Source of the DNA: a virus
Length of the DNA: 64,000 nt
IMG/VR virus record: IMGVR_UViG_3300021368_000005
Coordinates: 1 to 64,000 of that record
Direction: 5' to 3' (one strand)
Numbering within the stretch: the first letter of the stretch is position 1; each line of letters starts with the position of its first letter. Below the pieces are notes generated by a model that worked only from the letters and a program-made list of their open reading frames with translations, was not told where the DNA came from and did no database searches. A program made the translations under genes and the position numbers. Shown here piece by piece: positions 10,000 to 18,763 of this stretch.

Positions 10000-12900
10000 T
10001 AAAACCTAACTTGTGAAAATCCTTTTTCTTTTTTAATTTCAATAAGTCCATCTACTACATCTCTCATTGAATCGATGTGTGAGATTACCATTACAAAATC
10101 AAACTGAGTTTTAAGGTATGTAAACAACATAAATAAGGATTGTAGGTTCTCACTATCTAATGTACCGAAACCTTCATCTATCACAAGGAAATTAGGTCTT
10201 GGTAGGTTACATACATTGATTAGAGCAACTCTAATTGCTAAACCACTAATAAACCTTTCCATACCACTACACATTTCCAAACTCCATCTTTGGTCTCCAT
10301 ATACAAGATATGCATTAATATTCTTACCATCAATCTCTAACTGCATTCCAAACTCTACAATTTGTGCAAGGATGTTATTTACCTCACCCTCAATCATTGG
10401 TAGAGATTTTTCAATCAATTCATATGATACACCATCTTTCGAAAGTGCATTTAGATAAAAATCAAATAATTTAGATTGTTGTTCTAAATCCTTTACCTCT
10501 TGAATTCTATCTTCAATTGTTTCTTTTTGGTTCTGAAGAGCAGATATTTTACCATTTAGTTTAAGAACATCAGAGTTAACTCTTTTCAACTCATCTTTAA
10601 CAGATGATTGTTTTGTTCGTACTCCACCAATTTGTTCTCTGATTTCTTTATTCTTCTGAATTTGTTTCTCATTCTTATAATATTCATCAATAAGTTGTTC
10701 TTGTTGAGCAGTTTGTGTATCTAATCGAATTTCTTCAGTTTCGGTTGTTGATAACTTGTTTATAAGTTGGGATATTTCTCTATCTAATTTATCCTCTTTA
10801 TCTTTAGCATCTTTATATTTATCCCACTCTTCTTCATATGATTGTAAAGTTTCTATATCTACCTTAAGATTTAACCTATCTTCATTTTCTTTTTGTATCA
10901 ACCCTTGATACTCTTTTATCTCAGTTTCAACCTTTTCTTTTGTTTCTAAAATAGATTTAGAATTTTCCATACAAATATCACACTCTTCATTATACTTGTG
11001 AGAATCTAAGTGTTCTTTTCTTTCATATAAGGAATCTAACTTTACTTGTAATTTATCTATATTTGATTCTACATCTCTTAATTTATCCTTTGATTTTTTT
11101 AAGTTACCAATACCAACTTCTAAATCTTCTTCATCAAATTTATCCAAAATCTCATCTAATGTGATTTGTTGTTCTTCTCTAAAAGTGATTCTATCTTGTA
11201 AAGAACCCTTTGTGGTTTCTAGGTTCTCTTTTTTGATTTCGAGGTTTTTCAATCTTTTCTCTAACTCTTCGATTGAAACTCCACTATCAGCGTTTAACTT
11301 TACGATTTTCTCATTTAGAGATATAATCTGTTTATTGAGAATATCTTCTTCATCTACCAAAGCCTTTTGGGACATCTCCAAAAGTTTATATTCGTTCTTG
11401 TCGGTTTTAAGTTCTGTGTCGATTTGAGCTAATTTTGTCGTAAAATCATCACTCTTAAATTTTCTGATAAGTGTTGCATTATCCCTATTTTCATCTGCTG
11501 CCTTTTGATATAATTTATCAAAGATATCTACTCCAATAAATTGAGAGAGTATCTCCTTACGTTCCGATTGTGATTTATCAATGAATAAAGCGTTGTTACC
11601 TTGTAGAGAAAGAGCAGTTAAAACAAAGTCCTCAAACTTACCTAAGTACTTTTCAATTTCTTTGTTGGTATCTTTTCTTTGTTCACCATTAAGTGATTCA
11701 ACAACTCCAGCATCTTCTTTCCAAAAATCTACATCTACCTTTACAGAAGTTTTCTTTCTAACGTACTTAGCCCGTCTTTCAATAAAGTAATCTACCCCAT
11801 CTATCTCAAAGTTAAACTTACAATAAAAGTTTTCTTTTCTATTGTTTAATATGTTCTTAGATATATTAGTACGAGAAGTTTTATCATATATACAAAAAGA
11901 AAGAGCATCCCACATAGATGATTTACCACTTGCATTTGGTGCAAAGATACCCATGATACCTTGTGCTTTATCAAATCTGATTTGATTACCTTCACCATAC
12001 GAGAACATATTAGAGAACTCAAATGTTTTTGGTGTCCATAAGATGTTACCAACAGAATCATTATCTTTTATCTGTCCATTTAACTCTGTATTTATTTCTG
12101 ATATCTTATCTAGTTCATCTGATTCTAGTAGATATTGTCTTTCTAAGTAATCTCTAATCAGTTGGTTTTGGAAGGTTTCATCTTTTACATTACCAACAAT
12201 GTTTTTATTTACCTTTTGATTTGTTTTTAGTTGTCCGATTGTATCGGTTCTAGTTACAGTAACTTCAGCAACTTTGAATAACTTCTTTAGTTCAGTTATT
12301 TTTCTCTTCATATCTGAAGCTTCTGTTCTTGTAAACCTTAATCTTAATCTTGGATACTTTGGAAGTTTAGTACCAACTTCATCATACACCCATTGAGGTA
12401 TCTTACCATCAACTACATCGACTGTTAAGAATCCATAATCATTATGTATGTGATGCTCGGTAAAGGTTCGAGTGGGTATATCCCACAATAAGTAACCATG
12501 ATTTTCAAGTAGTTCACCATGATTCTGTTGAATCATTGAACCTGCATAGGCAACCCACTCATATCCTTCACCAAATGTTTGTCTTTTGTGAATATCACCC
12601 AACATGGCCATATCGTATCCATCAAACATATCTACTTGAAATGAGTTTGAAGAAACGGTATAGCCGATATCTGTTTGAGCTTTGTTTACTGGTCCATGAA
12701 ATAAAACGATTTTATTTTCTCCATCAACGGTATCTCCCTTAGGCCAATTTTCCTTGTCATCCAATATAGAATAGACAACGAAAGTAAGATTATGGATATT
12801 ATAGATACCAGTATCACGAAGATAATGAATTCTATCGTTGTTAAGATTTTCGATAATAGGCGTGAGTACATCTAGTCTGTGTGAGTTATTTAAGTTACAA

Positions 12901-13157
12901 TCGTGATTACCTGTGATTAACACAGTTTCTCTTAACTTCGCACACTCGGTGAGAAACCAACTAATTTCGTGTACGAGTTCTGGTGACATCTCTGTTTTAG
13001 CATGAGCAATATCACCTGCAATATAAATGAGGGAATCCTCAATTTTATCTTCTTTTACTTGTTTTAGGAATTTTTTGAATACCAATTTGTATTCTTTATG
13101 CCTTTGTAGATTTCTAATGTGTAAATCTGCAAGGTGGTAAACTTTATTTACTATCAT
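9999..13157 (-). CDS. sbcCD: Fused SbcD(Mre11/gp47)-SbcC(Rad50/gp46) recombination nuclease-ATPase
   Basis: Phosphoesterase motifs ADLH, GDIAH, GNHD, LGDIH. Walker A APNASGKS, coiled coil with CDIC zinc hook, signature CSGMERF, Walker B VIDEGFG, H-loop ISH. Confidence 0.93.
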   Translation of the reverse strand: MIVNKVYHLADLHIRNLQRHKEYKLVFKKFLKQVKEDKIEDSLIYIAGDIAHAKTEMSPELVHEISWFLTECAKLRETVLITGNHDCNLNNSHRLDVLTPIIENLNNDRIHYLRDTGIYNIHNLTFVVYSILDDKENWPKGDTVDGENKIVLFHGPVNKAQTDIGYTVSSNSFQVDMFDGYDMAMLGDIHKRQTFGEGYEWVAYAGSMIQQNHGELLENHGYLLWDIPTRTFTEHHIHNDYGFLTVDVVDGKIPQWVYDEVGTKLPKYPRLRLRFTRTEASDMKRKITELKKLFKVAEVTVTRTDTIGQLKTNQKVNKNIVGNVKDETFQNQLIRDYLERQYLLESDELDKISEINTELNGQIKDNDSVGNILWTPKTFEFSNMFSYGEGNQIRFDKAQGIMGIFAPNASGKSSMWDALSFCIYDKTSRTNISKNILNNRKENFYCKFNFEIDGVDYFIERRAKYVRKKTSVKVDVDFWKEDAGVVESLNGEQRKDTNKEIEKYLGKFEDFVLTALSLQGNNALFIDKSQSERKEILSQFIGVDIFDKLYQKAADENRDNATLIRKFKSDDFTTKLAQIDTELKTDKNEYKLLEMSQKALVDEEDILNKQIISLNEKIVKLNADSGVSIEELEKRLKNLEIKKENLETTKGSLQDRITFREEQQITLDEILDKFDEEDLEVGIGNLKKSKDKLRDVESNIDKLQVKLDSLYERKEHLDSHKYNEECDICMENSKSILETKEKVETEIKEYQGLIQKENEDRLNLKVDIETLQSYEEEWDKYKDAKDKEDKLDREISQLINKLSTTETEEIRLDTQTAQQEQLIDEYYKNEKQIQKNKEIREQIGGVRTKQSSVKDELKRVNSDVLKLNGKISALQNQKETIEDRIQEVKDLEQQSKLFDFYLNALSKDGVSYELIEKSLPMIEGEVNNILAQIVEFGMQLEIDGKNINAYLVYGDQRWSLEMCSGMERFISGLAIRVALINVCNLPRPNFLVIDEGFGTLDSENLQSLFMLFTYLKTQFDFVMVISHIDSMRDVVDGLIEIKKEKGFSQVRF

Positions 13158-14095
13158 AAACCTTTTAATTTTTGTGATATAATATCACCAAATCCCGTCT
13201 GTTCGGATTCCTTTAATTTACTATTAACTTCTGAAAACCCCATATCAGATGCATCTTTATCTGTGGGTTTTATATTTTTTGTATCGATACCTTGTTGTTG
13301 AAATTGTATTGTATATTTTAGTGCTTGGTCTTGAGCATCTTCATCTAATAAAATATTAATATCTTTAACCTCGTTACTATATATACTATCATTTAATTTT
13401 CTTGGAACAAACTTACCAAGTAGAGGAATAGCATTTCGTTTCACAGCCATTGCATCAAATACTCCCTCTACTAAGGTAATTGGTTCATCCCAATTTATTT
13501 GGTTTTCAAACATTATAACATTTTTAGAAACCGGTGGATTCTTATACTTAAACTTTTCCTCATCGAATACAGAACGTGCGATGAAGTAATTGAGTCTATT
13601 ATTAGAATCATAACTCGGAATAATAATACGATTGGCATAATGACCACCATCACAGTAACCAATATTATATTTGATAATATCTCCACGAGTGATACCTCTT
13701 CTTTCAGCATACTCCTTTACCTTTCTGAACAAAGGATTAATACCCTTTGGTTCTTTTAGAAGTGATTGAAACTCACTAGGTAACCTCAACTCTACCTTTT
13801 CATCTTCAGTATCCTTGTTGTAAACAACATAATCATCACCATATATTTCATATAACTTTCTCAATTTACGAGAATCTACATGAAGTCTCTTTAATAAACG
13901 ATTTATTCGTTTTCCTTTTGCATCACATACCCAACAGTGCCATTGTTGTGTTTGTATGTTTATCTGTAATTTCTTTTTATGGTGATGACAAAATGGACAA
14001 TAATGAGCTTGTTCATCATTTTTCATAGATGTACCAGGACCCAAAACGTCATCCAATATTGTTATAACAGATTGTTTTTCGTGATGTGAAAGCAT
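13154..14095 (-). CDS. dnaG: DNA primase (zinc finger + TOPRIM)
   Basis: CPFC...WHCWVC zinc finger; RIIIP; TOPRIM LVEGVFDA and LDED. Confidence 0.88.
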   Translation of the reverse strand: MLSHHEKQSVITILDDVLGPGTSMKNDEQAHYCPFCHHHKKKLQINIQTQQWHCWVCDAKGKRINRLLKRLHVDSRKLRKLYEIYGDDYVVYNKDTEDEKVELRLPSEFQSLLKEPKGINPLFRKVKEYAERRGITRGDIIKYNIGYCDGGHYANRIIIPSYDSNNRLNYFIARSVFDEEKFKYKNPPVSKNVIMFENQINWDEPITLVEGVFDAMAVKRNAIPLLGKFVPRKLNDSIYSNEVKDINILLDEDAQDQALKYTIQFQQQGIDTKNIKPTDKDASDMGFSEVNSKLKESEQTGFGDIISQKLKGL

Positions 14096-14110
14096 AATTA
14101 GTCAATAAAA

Positions 14111-14147
14111 CAATGTAAATATACGAAAAATATTTTAATTTTCCAAG
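14111..14147 (-). promoter_or_regulatory. Host-type (Bacteroidota sigma70-like) early promoter for the primase operon
   Basis: Sense TTGG...TTTTTCGTATATTTAC; one of 8 similar copies in the window. Confidence 0.7.
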
Positions 14148-14608
14148 TCTTTTCTAAAAAATTTTCCTAATAGATTATCGTTTAATGCCATATCATCACC
14201 CAAAACATCGTGTGAAAACTGTTCTTGTAACTCATAGTAGGTTAAAGCCTTCTTATTTTTACAAAATTTAAGGATTTTTAACTCCAATCTATCATTTATA
14301 TCATCTCTCCTATCTTCTAAAAGAGCTGTTTCATTTTCATGAAACCATAATTGTACAGTAGGATTAGAAGAACGATACTTTCTCCAATCAGATTCTTTTT
14401 GAACCATTTCGTACTTTTTCATTCGTTTATCTTCAAGTTTAGCAATTTCTCGTTTACCAAATTTTCTTTTTCTAACAGAAACTACTTGTTTCTTTCCGAT
14501 ATAGTATTGGCCTGTTTCGCCATTTGTTATTTTGTAGATAAAACCAAAAGTTCCTTCTGGCATGTCTGATAATTCTGTTATAATTTGTCCTTTATATGTC
14601 CAACTCAT
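14135..14608 (-). CDS. GIY-YIG family nuclease
   Basis: GFIYKITNGETGQYYIGKK...ESDWRKYRSS...E...N. Probable start is MSWTYKG at 14608. Confidence 0.72.
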   Translation of the reverse strand: MSWTYKGQIITELSDMPEGTFGFIYKITNGETGQYYIGKKQVVSVRKRKFGKREIAKLEDKRMKKYEMVQKESDWRKYRSSNPTVQLWFHENETALLEDRRDDINDRLELKILKFCKNKKALTYYELQEQFSHDVLGDDMALNDNLLGKFFRKDLEN

Positions 14609-15164
14609 AGTTAAAAATTTTGAAATCATTTGCGTACCTCTCTCGTACCCAAGTTAGAACATCCTTATCAATATATAGATGTTTATAAAAATTGTATTGA
14701 TTTAGGTTAGGATGTTTATCATAAATTGGATTACGATTTAGATGTGGTATATTTTCATTTGATTCTACTTTCTCTAAAATAAAATTCACATCGTTTATGA
14801 AATTTTCATACCTTCCAATAAAACTTACTTTTTTATCTTCGGTACTTCCATTTCGTATAAAATAGCTTTGGGGAAAAAACAAATAATCATTTTTATCGAT
14901 AGTTTCTATGAATCTATGTACTGACATGAATCCATCTTTTCTACATTGATGATTATATGCAGATGCAAATCGAGTATAAGGATTTCTTACAAAACACATG
15001 ATGTAGTAATCCTTTATGTTCTCAAATTTACCAATATGATTATGTGATTTAGAAACCCATTCAGTACCTACTACGTTTTGTAGTACTGATGTAATAGATG
15101 TTCCACCAGTCTTAGGTATATGAATAAATCCCCATTTTTTAGAACGATTTATCAGTAAACTCAA
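14592..15164 (-). CDS. Sulfotransferase family 2 protein
   Basis: 5'-PSB FIHIPKTGGTSI; 3'-PB FVRNPYTRFASAY; FIGRYEN; C-terminal YANDFKIFNY. Confidence 0.85.
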   Translation of the reverse strand: MSLLINRSKKWGFIHIPKTGGTSITSVLQNVVGTEWVSKSHNHIGKFENIKDYYIMCFVRNPYTRFASAYNHQCRKDGFMSVHRFIETIDKNDYLFFPQSYFIRNGSTEDKKVSFIGRYENFINDVNFILEKVESNENIPHLNRNPIYDKHPNLNQYNFYKHLYIDKDVLTWVRERYANDFKIFNYELDI

Positions 15165-15174
15165 ATTATATATT

Positions 15175-15363
15175 TTATAATTGTATTGTAGAAGAGTATG
15201 GTGTTTGGTTTAACTTACCACCTCTAGCTTGTTTAAGAGCTTTTTCATCTTTAGATAGTTCTTTCAAATCGAAATCATCTTTAGATATAGGAGTCTTATC
15301 AGCTCCTGTTCTTGGAAGCTTAGAAAAATCTGATTTATCGTATAAGTCTTTAATTGAAGCCAT
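15175..15363 (-). CDS. Small late hypothetical protein (62 aa)
   Basis: ORF with late motif at 15386-15394 and a GAGGA SD-like site. Confidence 0.7.
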   Translation of the reverse strand: MASIKDLYDKSDFSKLPRTGADKTPISKDDFDLKELSKDEKALKQARGGKLNQTPYSSTIQL

Positions 15364-15417
15364 AATTATTTTCCTCGTTATATAATATAAATATAACTTT
15401 TTTTAGTTTAACGATTT

Positions 15418-16755
15418 TTATAAGTCTATTCTAACTATAAAGTTAACATCCATATCAGGATATTTTTTTATTGGTTTTGGTAATTTTGCTGTTGCAACTA
15501 AATCTCCTCTATCGTTATATAAACCAATAGTTGTTATAAATGTTGTTAAGTATGAACCAGTTGGGTCTGTTAGTGCTTTTGAGTAGTAATCATCCCAAGA
15601 ACCACTTACATAATCATTAGTTACAGAAGATGTTACTGAACCTGTATAGTGAGATACTCTTGAAATATCTTGTACATACTTTATTTTACGAGGTTCACTA
15701 TCCCAATTTAATGGTGGTCTACCAAACCTTCTTGGACCTATTGGAGTTGGTGTAAAATCATACGAACCACTTAAAGTAACTTCAACTGCAGATGGATTTT
15801 GTGAGTAGTTAAATTCACAACTACCAGCCTGTACTAATACTTCTAATTCATTTATTGTTTTAGTAGAACGATATTCTAATTCATATGTGGAGATATCTTC
15901 TAATGTATCATCGTTATGAACATCATGTGTAGTAATAGCAACAATACCATCTTGATATAAAACATTACCATATTGAATAGGTTTTAGTTTTGATGTTAAG
16001 AAATTTAATGGTTCGGTAAATTGAATAGTACCTTGTGTTCTTATATCAGAAGAACCACTAATATATTCTCCACCAATATCATTTGTAAACATATCCCATC
16101 TAACAAGGGTTCTATCATCAGTATCTCCCTCTACTGTTAGTGTCATCTCTGGTTCCATTAAATCTAAGTCCGATGATAATAAAATAGATTCTGTAACAGA
16201 TGTATCGGATACTCTCAAGTAAACTCCTCTACTTAAATCCCCATCATTACTCAATGAACCAGTTCCGAAAGAACCAAAATCTGCATCTAAGAATTGATAT
16301 TTTTTTCTAGTTCCAACTAAGTTTCCTTTTTTATCATCAACAAGAACTGAACCAGATGCTAATTGTGGAGAGGTAAACTTTACTGAACCTGGTTTTATTT
16401 CATCACCATATCTACTTTGAGTAATTGGAATTAAAAATAAAGTTTCATCTATTCTTCTTTCGTTAGAAAAATCAGACATATCAGTTATAGCACCAAACAT
16501 ATTTATCAAACCATTATCAGTAAAGTATTTGTGTTTGATTGATTGATACATAGGATACTTATGAAACGATGAAGTTATAGAACCACTTACTGTTCTTTCA
16601 AAGTTATCAGAATCAAACATTCCACTACCTGTATGGAAATCAGATGATTTATCGTATATCTTTAATACAGGATACTCCGCATGAGTTGCGTTAAATTTCT
16701 TATAGACTTTGAATTGTCTATTAGATACATTTGATTTTGGAATATTCTTAAGCAT
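15418..16755 (-). CDS. Virion structural protein, baseplate/tail-collar related (paralogue of 16829-18061)
   Basis: C-terminus ITTIGLYNDRGDLVATAKLPKPIKK resembles the second half of the tail-collar fibre (DUF3751-like) domain. Start reassigned to MLKNIP at 16755, behind AGAGGAG and a late motif at 16770. Confidence 0.65.
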   Translation of the reverse strand: MLKNIPKSNVSNRQFKVYKKFNATHAEYPVLKIYDKSSDFHTGSGMFDSDNFERTVSGSITSSFHKYPMYQSIKHKYFTDNGLINMFGAITDMSDFSNERRIDETLFLIPITQSRYGDEIKPGSVKFTSPQLASGSVLVDDKKGNLVGTRKKYQFLDADFGSFGTGSLSNDGDLSRGVYLRVSDTSVTESILLSSDLDLMEPEMTLTVEGDTDDRTLVRWDMFTNDIGGEYISGSSDIRTQGTIQFTEPLNFLTSKLKPIQYGNVLYQDGIVAITTHDVHNDDTLEDISTYELEYRSTKTINELEVLVQAGSCEFNYSQNPSAVEVTLSGSYDFTPTPIGPRRFGRPPLNWDSEPRKIKYVQDISRVSHYTGSVTSSVTNDYVSGSWDDYYSKALTDPTGSYLTTFITTIGLYNDRGDLVATAKLPKPIKKYPDMDVNFIVRIDL

Positions 16756-16785
16756 ATATTTCTCCTCTATATAAATATATGGAAA

Positions 16786-16810
16786 CAAAAAACCCCACCG
16801 AAGTGGGGTT
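16786..16810 (-). terminator. Intrinsic terminator with C(UUCG)G loop
   Basis: Sense AACCCCACTTCGGTGGGGTTTTTT. Confidence 0.85.
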
Positions 16811-16828
16811 GTTTAAGGTTAAGTTCTA

Positions 16829-18061
16829 TTAGAAGTCAAGTTTTACTTTGATTAATACTTCTTTATCGAATGATTTTTCAATTGGTTGTGAAGTTTTAGC
16901 AACTGCCAACATTTCATTTGCATCATTCATCAATCCAATTGATGTGATGTAAGTTCTTGGGTCTTGTTCAAAAGAAGATTCTCTAAACGTACCATCTGAA
17001 CCAGTTACGAATGTTGGGTTGTTTGAGAAGTTAAATTCTCTGTTTTGTGCTCTTACAAAGTAATGTGATGTAGAAAGGTTTTCTACTCTTCTTGCTTGGA
17101 AATCATCACCACCTTTAATCATTTCATGTAGTAAATAATGATTTCTTCCTTCATAATCAAATCCTTTATATAATCCAGCTCCACCAACAGAACCACTATC
17201 AATTGAATCACCAACAGTAGCATGAATAGCTGCAGGGTTAAATACTATGATACCTTGGTCAGGATAGAATAATCCAAATCCTTGTCCAGCGGCAACACCA
17301 CTAGAATAATTTTCTGCAATTGTTGCATCGTTTTCAGTTCCTAAATTAAGTGAACCACTAACGATGTTAAATACTCTACCAGCTTTTCCTACTGAATCAG
17401 AAAATTTCTTTCCACTATCATCGATGAACCTATGTGAACCATTAGAACCACTAAGTAGAATTTCTAAGTTTCCAGCATCTACTGATTCTTTATAGCGGGC
17501 ACGAGCTATATTAACCACATAGATATCTTCAGAATCTACACTTGCTCCAGATGAAGATGCAAATGAGAATAGTTCATCATCTTGTTCTAGTAATATTTGT
17601 CTATATTGAGCATAAGTTGCTTTAGTTGCTTGTAGTGAATTATCATCATTTGCTAATGATACCGAACCACTACCATATTTGTTACCAAAAGCAACTGAAT
17701 ATTGTACTTCAGCAGATGCATCAGATGCTGGGTCTGTTGAGTAAACATTCACATAGTATTGTGTTGAAGCAGCTGTTTGAGCTGATGATGTAAAGAAATT
17801 AGATAGAGAACCAGTATCTCCAGTCCAAAGACCAGTTGTTACTGTTTCTACTTTTCCTTGTACAGTATCAAACTCACCGAATCTTTTATAGATTCCAGTA
17901 GAAAGATTCCCACCTTGAGCGGCAATCTTATCACCACCAGTTAGATACTGATTGATGATTTCCGATAATTGTTCAGAAGTTACTTCACCATTTTGTGCCG
18001 ATAGATATGCTGCTAAATCGGATGATAAGTTTACTCCTGCTTGTCCTGTTATTTGTGCCAT
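16829..18061 (-). CDS. Virion structural protein, baseplate/tail-collar related
   Basis: C-terminus EFNFSNNPT...YITSIGLMNDANEMLAVAKTSQPIEK...KVKLDF is shared with the neighbouring paralogue; lies in the structural operon. Confidence 0.65.
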   Translation of the reverse strand: MAQITGQAGVNLSSDLAAYLSAQNGEVTSEQLSEIINQYLTGGDKIAAQGGNLSTGIYKRFGEFDTVQGKVETVTTGLWTGDTGSLSNFFTSSAQTAASTQYYVNVYSTDPASDASAEVQYSVAFGNKYGSGSVSLANDDNSLQATKATYAQYRQILLEQDDELFSFASSSGASVDSEDIYVVNIARARYKESVDAGNLEILLSGSNGSHRFIDDSGKKFSDSVGKAGRVFNIVSGSLNLGTENDATIAENYSSGVAAGQGFGLFYPDQGIIVFNPAAIHATVGDSIDSGSVGGAGLYKGFDYEGRNHYLLHEMIKGGDDFQARRVENLSTSHYFVRAQNREFNFSNNPTFVTGSDGTFRESSFEQDPRTYITSIGLMNDANEMLAVAKTSQPIEKSFDKEVLIKVKLDF

Positions 18062-18074
18062 CTTTTATTTATCC

Positions 18075-18704
18075 TTATTTTGGTTGTACATAAGTAACTG
18101 TTACTGGTATTGTTTGTGAACCACCAGTTTCATTACCATATACAGTAATTGTTGTTTTTACAGTTGAGGTTATATTTGGATTTGGAATAAATGTAAATCC
18201 TAATCCAGTTTCTATTGCCGCAGTAGTTGTTATTTCATCACCAAGTGCCAGAGGAATAGTACCTGATGTTGCTGCTAAACCAGTACCAACGATTGAACCT
18301 GCATTCTTATTAGAAAGAATAACAGTATAACCTGATTGTTGATTTCCACTTGGTGAAGTAGTTGGTGACAACTGTACCTGACCAGAGTTTTGGTTTACTG
18401 ATATTGAAGGAATACCAAATTCTACTTTTGGAATTTTCTTTGTTCCTTTTGGTAAAGTTACCAATTTATATTTTAATGATTGTGTTTCATCTGGTGAAGC
18501 TTCTGTGATTGGAATCGCTTTAATAGCGGCATCGTAGTAAGCACTTCCTTTAGGGTGTGCTGGTTCGTACAATGAATAATCAATCTCATCATCTCCCAAT
18601 GCAAACTTAGTGATGTTTAATCCACCACCGTTAGCAAGTAGTTCTCTACCCTTTCTTGTAAGGATAGCATCAACTGTGATTTCTGCGTTATCTAAATATG
18701 CCAT
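18075..18704 (-). CDS. Virion structural protein with tail-collar-fibre-like N-terminus and C-terminal Ig-like segment
   Basis: ILTRKGRELLANGGGLNITKFALGDD; late motif at 18732-18740. Confidence 0.62.
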   Translation of the reverse strand: MAYLDNAEITVDAILTRKGRELLANGGGLNITKFALGDDEIDYSLYEPAHPKGSAYYDAAIKAIPITEASPDETQSLKYKLVTLPKGTKKIPKVEFGIPSISVNQNSGQVQLSPTTSPSGNQQSGYTVILSNKNAGSIVGTGLAATSGTIPLALGDEITTTAAIETGLGFTFIPNPNITSTVKTTITVYGNETGGSQTIPVTVTYVQPK

Positions 18705-18763
18705 AATTTTTTTCCTCTATGTTATTCAATATATAAATATAACTATTTTTAATTTTATTGTTT

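Noticed and set aside
14135-14608. Mobile homing endonuclease or intron
   Set aside because: Stand-alone short GIY-YIG domain with no DNA-binding tail; the flanking genes are uninterrupted.
16756-16788. Track start for the 456-aa ORF (also the extended starts at 14629 and 35287)
   Set aside because: The extensions run through promoter/SD sequence or the upstream gene; the downstream ATGs at 16755, 14608 and 35239 fit better.
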